Part shown: positions 1 to 12,930 of the stretch, piece by piece | Numbering within the stretch: position 1 is the first letter of the stretch | Layout of the letters: the number at the start of each line of letters is the position of its first letter | The notes under the pieces: model-generated | What the model saw: the letters and a program-made list of their open reading frames with translations, nothing else | What the model was told of the DNA's origin: nothing | Database searches by the model: none | Made by a program: the position numbers and the translations under genes | Origin: Haplodiscus bocki | Lineage: Eukaryota | Direction of reading: 5' to 3' | Assembly: GCA_965655095.1 (NCBI GenBank) | Contig: OZ296651.1 | Span: 54,994,001 to 55,058,000 of the forward strand | DNA: 64,000 bases

Positions 1-218
1 AGTTCCAATATTCCCATTAAAAAATTATATTGAATAATTGAATGAATAAAAAACAAGACGGCCGGCTAGCACCGGCATATTTTTCGCCCGACTACAAATA
101 TTTTGATCAACTCTTCCAAACGGTTAAAAACAGAACTACACTTTCGATATTAGTTTTCAAAGAGTTTTTACAAACATCAATTTGACCACTGATTTCTGTA
201 CTTTATGCAAAAGGGTAT

Positions 219-780
219 CACGATTTTCCGTTGAAAAATTTTTGTCTCACAGTGCCGAAAAATTTCGTCGAGGAACCTTTCTGTGTTTCGGAAAATCTCT
301 GGTTTCGAAAAATTTTATGGATAAGAGGGGGGGGGGGAGTATCGAGATTTTCTGTCGAAAATTTTTTGTCTCACAGTACCGAAACATTTCGTAGAGGAAC
401 CCTTCTGCGCTGTGTTTCAGAAAAATTCCGGTAGCCAAAAAGTTTATGGCTAAGAGGGGGGTTAGTATCAAGATTTTCCGTCGAAAATTTTTTGTCTCAC
501 AGTACCGAAACATTTCGTAGAGGAACCCTTCTGCGCTGTGTTTCAGAAAATTTCTGGTAGCGAAAAAGTTTATGGACAAGAAGGGGGGAGTATCAAGATT
601 TTCCGTCGAAAATCTTATGTCTCACAGTGCCGAAAAAAATCGTAGGTGAACCCTTCTGTGCTGTGTTTCAGAAAATTTCCGGTTGCGAAAAAGTTTATGG
701 ATAAGAAGTAGGGAGTATCAAGATTTTCCGTCGAAAATTTTTAGTCTCACAGTGCCGAAAAACATCGTAAAGGAACCCTT
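219..780. repeat. Tandem repeat, ~125-bp unit, ~4.5 copies
   Basis: Core 'gattttccgtcgaaaatttttgtctcacagt(a/g)ccgaaa...gaacccttc' recurs at about 221, 345, 472, 596 and 722. Confidence 0.9.
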
Positions 781-837
781 CACTGTTTCACTAATTTCCG
801 GCATCAAAAAATGCTAAGGGTAAATCGTAAAAATATT

Positions 838-910
838 TGGCACGACAGAGACTCGAACCCGGAACCTACTGTTTGAGAACGCTGTTGTCCTAACCATACT
901 GCTATCATTT
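838..910 (-). pseudogene. tRNA-derived sequence (tRNA pseudogene or SINE head)
   Basis: Minus strand reads atagcagtatggttagg...ttctcaa...ccgggttcgagtctctgtcgtgcca: A-box-like and B-box (GGTTCGAGTC) motifs, ending in CCA. Acceptor stem is imperfect. Confidence 0.65.
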
Positions 911-1039
911 ATTTTTGAATAAATAGAGTTGGCAGTTTTGGTCAGATAAAAAAAAATTTGACCCCACTGTACACTGTACTGAATGAATAATTTTTCTTGT
1001 ATATTTATATACGGCGAAAAATAATAATTTGTGTATGTT

Positions 1040-1099
1040 TGTGTGTGTGTGTGTGTGTGTGTGTGGGGTGGGGTGGGGTGGGGTGGGGGGGGGGGTTAG
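1040..1099. repeat. (GT)n microsatellite followed by (GGGGT)n/G-run tract
   Basis: Directly visible. Confidence 0.9.
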
Positions 1100-1438
1100 G
1101 TGAGGAAAGAGATCCCATTAACAACTTAGAACTTAGCTTCAAAACGACTTAATTCCGTCTTCCGGTGCATGGAGGGGTGTATCAAACAGATGGGAAATGA
1201 TTTAAATTAACAAAAAACTAAAACGAATTTTAGGGACTGAACTTTCTGAAACGAAATCTTTGCGATGACTCATTTTGTGAAAAATCACGTTTGCGAGATT
1301 AACTGCTCACGTTATTGACTATTTTCTCAACTATTTCAATTTAAAACTAATTCAGTATTTTTGCACCAGTGAAGGGGATGAACGTTTTATCTAATCACTA
1401 AGAAACTGAAAATGGCAGATTACCAGATAACAACTTAC

Positions 1439-1486
1439 GGTTATGGATGAACGTTTCCACATTTTGATGGTTTTCCAGGAAATTTA
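1439..1486 (-). CDS. Host gene micro-exon (48 nt, phase 1-1): (V)NFLENHQNVETFIHN
   Basis: ttcag acceptor and gtaagt donor on the minus strand; open and in frame with exon 1754-1837. Confidence 0.6.
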
Positions 1487-1753
1487 CTGAACTTTTAAAG
1501 TGTGTGCGACGAAAAGATAGAGTCGGAAAAAGAATAGGATGTGCAAAAGCGAGCAAGGACTAGAAGACAAGAAGTGATGTACCGGTAGTTTGTGCGGAAA
1601 GTAAACAGTTGTTGCTACACTGAATCATGTTTTGTACGCCTTGGAGTCTGAGTTGAAAATGGTGACAGAATTTGTAGATGCTTTGCAGTACAACGATCAG
1701 AATTTTCGAATTGGCTTCTTTCGGATATTGGGTGACTTGATTTTAAGACTCAC

Positions 1754-1837
1754 CAGCTGTTAATGAGATGACACGCCGTGAGTGACGCGACTTTTTCAAG
1801 TGCTTCTTTTTTTCCCACTCATTGTGACTTTTATCTT
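1754..1837 (-). CDS. Host gene micro-exon (84 nt, phase 1-1): (E)DKSHNEWEKKKHLKKSRHSRRVISLTA
   Basis: Long polypyrimidine tract plus cag acceptor, gtgagt donor, open frame. Confidence 0.65.
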
Positions 1838-2334
1838 CTGATGAAGACAGAAGTGGATGAGGAGAGAAGAAGGTGAATAAAATTTCCGTAAGTGAACAAC
1901 AGCTTGGTTCACGTTGCTCTGCAATTAGTTCAATCAGCCATTGACTGGCTCAATTTAACTTTCATTAATAACACACAATCCATTTTTACTAATGAGTTTG
2001 TTAACTGGATTGACGACAGTGTCTACACGGCAAATTTTTATTAAAAATGTATGATTCTAATGTGGAAAAATATGCATAACTTTTCAGTGTATCGTATACT
2101 GGTTTGTCGAGCAACTCAAATTTGTCTGATTTCTGGTAATATATCCCCAAAACCACTATGAACCATTTCGTTTCAACAAAATTTTAATTCAACGAACGTA
2201 TAAAATCACCTTAAAGCATGGGGGCAATTAGCTAATTTCTTGTTCAGCAGAACTTGCTCAACTAATCTTGAACTGCTTCCTTAATCAGGTTAATTAAATA
2301 GGTCGCCACTGTTAAAGAGTTAATCAAAACTTAC

Positions 2335-2338
2335 CCAT
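2335..2338 (-). CDS. Candidate alternative first coding exon (ATG G|gtaagt)
   Basis: ggcATGG then a perfect donor; in-frame TGA upstream; phase 1 matches the 1837 acceptor. Confidence 0.45.
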
Positions 2339-4889
2339 GCCGTCGGCAGTGCCTCAACAGCGCGACATAAATATTTGTTGTGACTGGAAGTATTTTTTGC
2401 ATAATTTTCTTATTCAAATTTTCTCTGAACATAATAGGATCGGGTCCACGGAAGCCAAAAATATGAGCTGGTTGAATTGCCCTAATCTCGTGGTGGGGCG
2501 GGTTAAACTGGGACTTCGAAGTCTTCCAAGGAGTAATACGAGACAATGATTAGCAGAAAATTGCGGACTGATGATTGTAAGTACTGATGATCGAAAAACA
2601 AAAATTGTGAGGGAGTTGTAAGGTGCAACGAGTCTATTTTCATGTTTAAGTCATTTCAAATTGTTGGGTTGTAATTATTCAAGAAAAAAAACTCTGGTAT
2701 TTCTGAATGTGATGAACAGGTTTCGTTTTTTTGGTAGAGTTTTCTGTCTGTGATCACCGAAGCGAAGCACTTCGGATATTTATGTGACCAATTTGAACAT
2801 TCAAAGATTCAGATGCACAAATTTTTACTTTTTTAAGTTGTTAAAGCTGGACAATCCGGCAGTACGAGAACTTGCCACAAGCGTCAACTTGCCATTAAAA
2901 GTAAAAGAAAACAACTCGTCAAACTTTGCCTGCTGTACTTTTTTCAGTGTAATACCTCACAACAGGAAGTTAAAAAAATTCACTTGGTTTACTTGAATAT
3001 GATCCCGAAGAACTGAGGAAAAGTTAAAACTACTGTCTAAAGCAAGATTTCCGTAATAACCAAAGAAACTTTCAACAAAAACTAACTGAATTATCTGTGG
3101 CAAGTTGGTGCCTATAAAATTTTGTGGCAAAATGTCGCCTTTCGGAACAATCCTTTACCAAATGTAAAAATGGTTATAAAAAAGTGGGGTATCTAAAATA
3201 AATGTCTTCTCACTTTGTGCTTTGGTTCTTCGGCGGCGAGTTAGTAAGTGAAGCTTCATCATTTAATTGATGCCCTGGTGATTCTAACGGTGCCTATGTT
3301 GTTGCTAAGAAGTTGGCTAGAAAAGTAGTGACAAGTTTAAAGTTCAACTCGTTTAGAGATTAAACTTGTTCTCTTTTGTCCGAAAATATGCCGGTTGCAT
3401 ATAGTAACAAGTATTTGGACCCCTGAACAAACACTTAGCAATACCTCCTCGTAGGATGTTTGAACAAAAAGTGCAATGTTGTTTTCCTGTTATGACTCAT
3501 AACTAATGTAGAGACCTAATGACGAAATGAAACCAAACCACTAACTAATCTGATCTAAAGTGTTTAGCGAATAGTTTGCTTGCTCATTGGCCCGCCGCGT
3601 TTTTATTTACCGCAGCTGAAGTTTAAACTTGGCTTATTTTCTAAATTTATATTACGGATTACAAAACTGTGTCTTCATAAAAGATCCAGGAAGTCACACA
3701 TCCGTGATTCGAGTTAAAGGTTTTCTGCCGATGTCACTTGGTCAATAAGCACACAACATGTTTCGCCAGCTTATCTGGAAATAGATTGTCATTCAAACAA
3801 ATGCGTTACGCCACCGATCAGCAGTTTGCACTTCGGATTACAATACAGTGTACTAACTGCCGGCTCAAAATTGCATAATTGTTACATAATAGCTACTTAC
3901 TGTTCCATATTATTACGTCATGAAGGCAATCATCAGTGACATCGACAAGTTCTCAAAGCCTGTGAACTGGGGTCATTATACAAATATATGCACAAAAATC
4001 TTGATGAAAATTTTTTAATGAAATGCGCGTAACCAGAAACTATTAGGAACGATGGTAGCTCAAAAAACGGAGACTGAATAGATTGAAAAAATTCATTGAA
4101 ATGTCGACCTTAAACTCAGCAGAGCTGAAAATATTTATGAGTATCCCTCAATTTTCGCAAAATTTATTTGGCGCTGAAATGACTCATTTTGCATTCAACT
4201 GAATCAGTTTGCACATTCTCATTTTTGCTGAAAACGTTTATGTATATTTTTTCGGTCATCATTCGATATCGTGTTCGATGATGACCAAATAGTTGCATTT
4301 ACCATCGCATTTGTCTATATAATTCTCCGGTAATTATTTCAAGTATTTTCAGTAATTAGCGCAGTGAGCTTTTGATTAGAGGTCGGTCAATTTCTTATGA
4401 TCAACTGCGCTCCTTAAAAACCGAGAGTGCTATACTTAACGAGATTAAATTTGAAACGGGCCGAAACGTGTTTTACATAAAGACACGTATAATAGTAACT
4501 GATAGTTACAGTACATTAAGTTATGAAGCGAAGAAGAGTCATCAGTTTTGAAGACGATTGCCTGAAAATATGCACGTACAAATGTGGTGGCTTAATGATG
4601 GACAGAATTGTGTACTGAGTTGGAAAGCGACAAGTTTAAAAAGAATCTCGTATACATGATCTATAATGACAAGTGACGTCACGAACAATCAGCTGGTTCT
4701 GCTCGAACCTGTTAGAAAAGTTAGAAAGGCTAATGATTGAGTTGTTCGAAACTGGCATATTGCAATTACTACTAGACAGTAACTGCTCATTTTCGTGTGC
4801 ACGGATAGGACTGGTAAAAATGATTTCAAAAAGAAGTCAGTGAAGTCTCAGATTGACGATTCCCATAGGGTGCAATGTGAGTTAGGAGG

Positions 4890-5395
4890 TATCATGAGAA
4901 TTTCCTCAATAAAAGATTGGGATCTTTTCTTTTAACTCCAAACATACCCCCCCCCCCCACCAGTAGTAACGAGAATTTTAATCCCCCCCCCCCCGCGCGG
5001 AAGCTAAAATTCACTAGCGCATGAGTTGGATCATTACGCTGCTTATTATTTCGCATAACCATTGTGGTGTGTGTGGGGGGGAGGAGGAGTTAACGAAAAC
5101 TATCCAAAGTTTGTGTTGCAAATTTCTAGTCGCTCCTAATTTTTCAAAGTTTCAGGATCTTCTCTGTCATTTTCCACCTTCCTGTCCCCCCCCCCCCCAA
5201 CCCAACCCAACAAAAAGGGTATGCGAAATAATTAGCGGCGTAATGGTTTAACGCGCGAGTGAATTTTTTAGCCAAAGAGCTCGCTTCCGTGTTGGGGTAA
5301 TTTTTCGTTATGCTAGTAGGTGGCGGGGGATTTAACAGAAGAGATACAAGTTTGATTCGTGTCAACGGGGGTTATCAAGAAATTTTTGGTATAAG
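4890..5395. mobile_element. Degenerate foldback/MITE-like element with C/G runs
   Basis: gctaaaattcactagcgc (~5002-5020) is inverted against gcgcgagtgaattttttagc (~5253-5272); further imperfect inverted blocks lie outward. Confidence 0.45.
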
Positions 5396-7028
5396 TGAGA
5401 TTGAAGTTACATTTGCGTACTGTAATAATCGGGCACTTTTTATGATTAAGTACTAAGGGTAGGTAGCGATACAAATCGTAGCATCTCTTGGCATTGTGGG
5501 AGAAAACACTTCAAAAATTTGCATGAGAATTGATTCTCCGGATGACTTACAACTCCATCTCACATTTTGAAAAAGGAGCTTTCACTGCAAGAGTAGTAAC
5601 GACTCAAGCATTTTTGAAATGTATTCCATTCCAAGAATTTAATGCTCTTCTTTGAAAAATATTGACAATAAAAATCCGGTTTGAAGTGCCAAACAGTATA
5701 GCACTGATTGTGAGAAAGAACATGAATTACATCTATGTGAGAGCATCGAAAGGTATTAACGGAGTCATCGATTGGTAGATAAAATTACAGAAAGTGGCAT
5801 CCGAGTCTTGAAAAATCTGTTACTCTGTTTTTTTTTCGCGGAAGAACTTCTGAAAGAAAGCTTCTGAAGTCCTACTAACTGGACTGACCTACGATAAATG
5901 GCCGGCTATCACTGGCGTATTTTCCACCCTCCAATTTTGTTAATGGTGCTTTTTAAAAAGATGAAAGCGAAAAGTACTCTTTATATTTTCTAATTTTTCC
6001 AATTTTTAAAATCTGATTTTTTTTGCCAAAAAAACCTCAAATAAGGTGGACAAGACATTTTCAAGAAATAATATCAGTTGATACGCTTTTATCATTTGAT
6101 ACGCTTTATACATCAATTTGCCACCTTTACCGATTCTGAAAAAGTTTTTTTTATTAAAAAAGCAACTTTTTTTCAAAAAAAACATTTCGTACGTTTTTGA
6201 GAAATCTCACTTTTTCACTCGCATTCTACGGCAAATTTGCTATAGTTTGGTGATAAAAATGTTCCTATTCAGAATCGTTCGGACATTTTCTAAAACTCAA
6301 TTTTAATCTAAAACAGGGTGGGTTTCCTTTAATTGTAATCGAATGTCGAAATAGTTTGTCTTGCTATTAACCTGTTTATATTTTCAAATACTGAATGCGG
6401 CCTACACTTCTTATCCTTTGACGGTTAATATTGACTGCCACATTATTCATCAAACCATAAATGGGCATTTAATAAACGCATCGCGGTTAGAAACAACATA
6501 AGTTGAAAAAGTCAAATAATGACGAAACGTCATCATTTTGACTAATGATTGTAACGACTTGCTTATTATTTACAACCTATATAAAGCTAGTGACAGCGTT
6601 TCTGAAGACTTGCGGGGCCCAATATATGTAATTACATGAATCCGACTGATGATACTTCAAAAAAACCTGCTAGTCCGTTAAAAATCAGCTTCCGAAAGGT
6701 CAGAAAAACGGGAAAAGCGAACTACAAGACCGTCAAATGCATCTACTTGCAACCGGATTGCGACTGAGGAACTTTGTAAGATACTTCAAATCGAATACAG
6801 AGTACATGTATATTCAGTGCTTAGTATTTCGCAAAATAAATTGCGACAAAAAATAGAGCAAAAACAAAACTTCTTGCATCTTTGGGATTACTGGCTAGTA
6901 ATTTGAGAATATTTCTGGTGTTAATATCCCGTGTATTCGGGAAGTATCAACCTGGGTGTTTGATACAAATGGCGGTGGTCTTTAGTGTGCGAAATTTTGA
7001 ATGAAAGTATATTTTAAAATTTCCTTAC

Positions 7029-7152
7029 CAACATAATTTGGAGAGTACATGTCATCGTAGGCTTCGTCTTTAACGGATTCGTGAAACTGTTTTCGCTCTG
7101 CTTCAAGGTCGTATTCCTTCTTTCGCTTCTTGAGGAGAAAAAAGTTCGGCAT
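7029..7152 (-). CDS. First coding exon with SNAG-like N-terminus (Ovo/Snail/Gfi-type transcription factor candidate)
   Basis: MPNFFLLKKRKKEYDLEAERKQFHESVKDEAYDDMYSPNYV then G|gtaagg donor (phase 1). MP-x-x-FL-x-KK matches the SNAG pattern. No zinc fingers found in the window. Confidence 0.6.
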
Positions 7153-10100
7153 CTTTCTTCAGCCAAAGGTGCTTAGGACGAGTGCTGCAACGTCAATTTT
7201 ACGTCACGGGTGCAAACTTGTCAGTAATGAAATGTTCTGTTCCACCGGAGGTGCTCCAGTTAAACGATCGGGTTTGCTGTTGGATATTAAATAATGGTTG
7301 ATTAACTTCACTACAACTGGTAATCTAGCTAAGAAAATGGTATTTTGCAAGCTGATGCCAAGTAAAAATAAAATCTGATGTAGTACTGTAAGCCAAGTTT
7401 AAAGTTAATTTATAATTGGTCAATAACGCGTTTGAGCACAGATGAATTTAATTAGCATACCAGCCAAGTGTACTGTACGGTATGATAATTATAATGACAA
7501 TTTTGACTCGTTTCTATGGCTTCAAAAGGTGAATAATGGAGCTGAGTCCAGATCCTATTGCAAGCTGAAATTTGAGGTGCTGAATTGATTAAGCTCTGAA
7601 TTAACTTGATTGTAATTTGTGAACAAAAACGGTTTCCGGCCGAACAATTTGGCGATTAGCTGTCTCTAAACGAAAATAACCCAAAGTCATAACGACGCAA
7701 AATAGACTGGAACTCCGGAAAGTGAGTAATTAACACCGTTTAGTTCTAACGATGCGCACCCGCTAACGCGGAAATGGGGATTAATGTTATCAAGTGTGGA
7801 AATACTGGCAACGTAAAAGCCGATTAACCTTCTCTAACCGGTCACTGTCAAGTGTAATTAACACTTAGCATGCAAGCCAATGTCAAGGCCGATGGATCTA
7901 AACAATAGTTCATTAACAGACCGCAATGATTTACCAACTTATCTCTAAGATTATAGCTCCCCGAGTAACATAATTGTTATCAAGAAAATAATGCAGTCCA
8001 CTTTTTATTCAAATCTGTTCAATAAAGGAAATATTTTGAAAAATGATCATAAAACGAGTGCGCAAAGATTGGCGTAATTGTACACTGAACTTCAAGTTTG
8101 TAAAGTACTTGAATTTTCAATTATAATTTGACTACCGTACACCGCTCACTAACGTCTTTAAGGTCTTGAAATATTCTGTCAAGTACATGTATTCTCTGTG
8201 ATGCGAACAGTGGAATTTTGGCTGGCGAAATGAAACTTGAGAGTAATGAAATGCTTGAGAAATGCGCCCCACAGCTCAGTTGACCACGCAAAGCAATATT
8301 TTCGGCTTCATTGAAAATACGTAAGTTTGAAAATTAAGTCATGACACATTCTTCTACAAAAGAAATAAATTTTGACCTCATCCAAATGAAACAAAATATT
8401 TGATGCGAAAATGTACACAGCCTTGAAGTGTTTTTAAAATACTATTATGATCGCATTTTGACTACTTAATTTTATGATTAGATTCGAAGTTACTTTAGAT
8501 TCTTGACAAATATAACATTAACTGATTGATGTTTGAAACAAGCAAGTCAAATAACTTCGACTGGTCCCGGTGAAACAAAATTGTTCGACTTTGAGATCTG
8601 CTGACTCAAAAAAAAAATGCAACTCCCAACTCCTCTTACTTTCAGAAACTTCTAAAATAAGACATTAGCATGCACTTAAAACTGGAAGGTTTAAATGCAC
8701 GTCAAAAATGTGACTATTTCGCAATCCGATCTTGCTGCTGATTTTTGATGAAATGGAACTTGAAAATGTCTTTGCTTTTTCCCAGATTTTGATTACATAC
8801 ATACTGATGATAATTGAATTCACACTTGCCCCATTGATATGCCCGGCATGATATCGGAGGAACTTGAAGTCGGCAAAAGCATTACGTAATAGAACCAAAG
8901 GGAACGTACAATTAAAACCTGGTCTCTCATGATACACTAAATGAATCAAAAATGTGATTAAAAAAATTTGGTTACATTTGGCAAATGTCTGCAATTTCTG
9001 AGTTTTTACCAGATTTTGGAAACTTCATTTTAAATTACAATATCTTTGTGTTCGTGGGCAAAAATTCGTCTACTTTAATATTATAATAGAGACACGAGTT
9101 TTACAAAATTTCGCCGGATTTTGAGAGCGCTTTCCAAAAATTTCATGCTAGTTCAACTAGAGTATAATTCAGATAGAGTAGAAAGTAGCCGCTGTAGTTG
9201 ACGTTGCGGGGAAAATTTTCATGAACTTGCATGGTTCCAAACAAACTTTTCCAAACTTTCCATGATTCAGGTAAAAACAAAAAGTTTTGTCCGATCCAGG
9301 CAAATTTTTCCAGATTATTTCATGCAAAATGGAAAACTTCCATGAACTCTGATTTCGCTGCTGTTCCAATTTTGGTCGATAAAATTTTGAATCTATCTCG
9401 GAAAACTTTCCGTGTATGTTCTACATTAATACGTGCAATCATAATTTTGTTATAGTATAATTGCAGCTAAAATGGTAAATTGGAAGGCAAAAGAATCCAA
9501 ACTGTAAAAATAGCTCAATTAAGCATTTTTATGGGTGACTTGAAAGCATTTAAAAAACTATTTTGTACGGAAGCTTCAAAACTACAATAGATCGATGAAA
9601 ATTGATCAAATTGTGTTTAACTGAGATGGATGAGTAGTCAGGAAGTTGATTTGCCGGTCAAAGAAGCCAAAGTTCCTGCAATCTCGCCAAACTGGCTACT
9701 TTCGCTGTTTCTAAAACGCTGAAAGATGTTCTATTGTGAAAAGTCTAGCTTTGCATATGCGTTTGCTGACTATGAGCTTTATGAAAAATTTTCATGAAAT
9801 TTCAGCCAACAAAATTTAGAACGCAAAAGAAGGAATAAAACCAGAAAAACTTGGAAAAACTGGCTTTTTGTCTATTATTATGAAGCATACAAAAATTATG
9901 CTGGTTCGAAATTTCCGATATTTTGTGCTTTTCCAATGTATTAGTAGTTGATACCAGCATCCTGAAAGCTGATTTGGAAAACGAAGTGCAATAGCTATTT
10001 TGAAAAACGAAACGCCATTTGAACCACTGGGAAGGCTCAACGGAAGCTTTTGCAAAGATTCTGCTGCATTTTGCTAGATTACTTGTAAATGGTAATAGTT

Positions 10101-12028
10101 TAGCCTAGTAGTTCGAAAGTTGACATGGAAATCAAAAATTCAGAGAATCTGAAAAAGTACTAAAATGGGATCCTTTCGGATTCCTTCAAAACATCGAAAC
10201 ACCAACTTCTATAGCAAATTTCCAAAATTTCCGGTCGAAGTTAAAAAATTCAACCTTTGGTTTTGATTTATGCTGGTTGCGTAGTTAAGACTGGAGTTAA
10301 GAAGAAGAAAAAAATGTGAAAAGTTGGGAAAATACTGAAATTAACTGTTTGCGTATTTTGAAAACACCAATTGTTTCAACAAAAAAATTATTATTTTCCG
10401 AAAATTTTACGTTTGTCTTAACTTAATCACTGGTAAAAGACCTTTTGTTATACATAAAAACCTCAGCCATTGGCGTTTTCTGCTGGAAATGGGTGCTTTT
10501 TTTCAAGAAGTGTACATTAGTACTAAGTTGAGTAAATTCTGCAGTAGAAGTTGTCTTGGTAGGTAAAAATTGCAAAATCGGGAAAAAGTAGGAAGATTTA
10601 CAAGTTAATGCCTAGTTTTTGCTTGGTAAAAACGGCAAATCTGTAAAAAAAATTGGGCTAGTTTGTAAATTTTCTAGTAATTTAGGTTTTTGTATCCAAA
10701 ACTCTGATCAAAAAGGCCTCCGGCAAAGCTGCTAGTAATAAAAAATTCGTTGGAAAATAGCTTGCAGTGGAACGTATTTTTACTTCGTTTAAAAATGTGA
10801 CAGGAAAAAAATACGACAAAAGTGTTAACAATAGAGATCGTACGATTTTCGATTGCTCACTTCTAAAAAAGTAAAAAAAAAATTGAATTGAGCAGTTTTG
10901 AAAACACCATGTAGCGTTGCCATAAGCCGCCTTCGCTATCGCTTCGCTCGCCGAAACAACTTATTCGCAAACAAGGTCTATATTGACCAGGTTGTTTGTA
11001 ATTTTTTGACAATTTATGTTAGTTTGAAAACATTTGAAGTCGCCGTGTTAGTACAACAAGCTTTAATAAATTAGTGAATTTTTCATTGATACGACTCAAT
11101 AGTACTCAATGTTGGTGAGGTAAAATCACTTCTGTGACTTAACTATGGGCTTAACAAATTGGTTTGCTAAATGTTTCCAAAGTGTCCAATTTGGTTAAGT
11201 CAGCCTGTAATTTGACCAGTTTTTATTAAAGCGTATTCCAATTAAAGTCTCTCATTCAAAAGCTCAGAAAATTATTTTCCACAAAAATCGCACATCTTTG
11301 AAAGTTTCGGCATACAGCAAGAATCCATTACCGTTTTCGAAAATTTGAAGGAATTAGCCGTCGGTTTTCGAGACTACATGCCAACACAAAAAGTCTTTTG
11401 AACCTTCAGTGTCCTTGGCTTATAGCTTCCGCATATTATGGACAGAAATGGACTTGCGGTTGTCACTTTAAACGTGAAAATGCGTGACAATAGTTGTTTT
11501 GGAGAGCGTATGGCTACACTTATATGTTTCGGCAATTCAGTCGTTTTTATCTGCCATGAACTTCCAGATACTGATTCAATTGGACAAATGTCGCTTCATA
11601 CAAGAGTGTTGGAAAGCAACGGCTGTTATGCGTTTTACCCCAGACTGCAAAGAAGTATTTTTTGCTTGATTCATGCCCTATTACCTTCGGGAAACGGTTT
11701 TGGTTCGAAATCGCTTTCACATTTCTGACCACATTTTTCATGTATTATACCGAATGCACATTTTGAACAACGAAAAAAGTAAAATATTTGGAGTTCCAAA
11801 GGTGGTCCCTTGCGATAGCGGAATAGTTTTTAATCGACACTTCTCACCAAAATTTTTTCGGAAAAGTTCAATTTCGGAGGTTCAATCGCCTGCGGAACTG
11901 TTCAGACCTCTTTTATGCATCTTTCCAGCGAGAAGAGCCAGTGCCTCATGATATCCTTCAGCGTTGCAATAGGCACTGTTGAAGCCCATCTGATGTACTC
12001 TTTGCGACGTAGTATTGACGGAAACATT

Positions 12029-12240
12029 AGTATATGTCAAAATCAACTACGGGGACAAAACAGGACAAAAACAATGAAAATCAATGGAAAACAGTGAAGA
12101 CTAGCCAAAATAACTCAAAATCACATTAAGTAGAATTGAAACTTTATAAAAAAAAGCCATTGCCGTAGTTTGCCCCATAGTATGTAAAAAATCTTTTTAT
12201 ACAATATCAAAGGGGTACACAGGAATGAGGATTTGAAAAC
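12029..12240 (+). repeat. Left TIR of Polinton
   Basis: agtatatgtcaaaatcaactacggggacaaaa...atatcaaaggggtacacaggaatga is the reverse complement of 27841-28054. Confidence 0.8.
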
Positions 12241-12930
12241 ACTTAAAAGAAGGAAAAAAAGAAAAAATATATAAAAAATTAAAAAATAAAAATTTTAAAA
12301 AACTGTACTATATCAATGGGGGTACACAGGAAAGAAAACTAAAAAAACAAATTGAAAAAAAAAAGAAAATGAAAAAAATCTACAATAATTTTACTTTATC
12401 AATAGCGATAAAGAAGAATGATGATTAAAAAAATTTACAAAAACTAAAAAATTAAATCGATTAAAAATTTAAAAAATTGAAAATGAAAAAAACTTAAAAA
12501 ATGAAAAAAAATGAATAAACAAATAAATTGAAAACTTCGAAAAAAATTAAAAATAAAATTGAGAAAAGAAAATAAGAAAAAAATTGAGAAAAAACAAAAA
12601 GAAATGAAAATTATACAAAACTGATTTTTACAAAAGAATGAAAAAGTGCAAAAAAAGTTAGGAAAAATTAAAACCTTAAAAGAAAACGAGAGATTTGCAA
12701 GGACACAAAATTGTTTAAATAAAATGTTCTACAACCTTCACAATTAGCTTAACAAAATGAAATCGAAAGGAAAACAATTCAATAGAATAACCCTTTAGAA
12801 AAAAATGGAGACTTGCACAACTTGTGGTTTTTTCTAGAAACAATCCAATAAATCTAACCAAACCTCATCTCTTAGTAAATAACCAATATTATTGCCGCCA
12901 TTGTAAAATTATTAAAATCAGCTGATAAAA

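Noticed and set aside
182-579. Three overlapping ORFs and a CRISPR-like look
   Set aside because: They lie in a ~125-bp tandem repeat with no unique spacers and no cas genes; the ORFs are repeat artefacts.
838-910. Functional tRNA-Glu(CTC)
   Set aside because: Acceptor and anticodon stems do not pair properly and it is embedded in a repeat.
2331-2549. 71-aa and 70-aa ORFs
   Set aside because: No motifs; the splice-signal reading (ATG G|gtaagt) explains the region better.
8665-12028. Scattered 60-110 aa ORFs, possible transposase debris
   Set aside because: No recognisable motif or consistent frame; cannot support a call.
12240-12720. Lys-rich coding potential
   Set aside because: A-rich subterminal low-complexity DNA of the Polinton with frequent stops.
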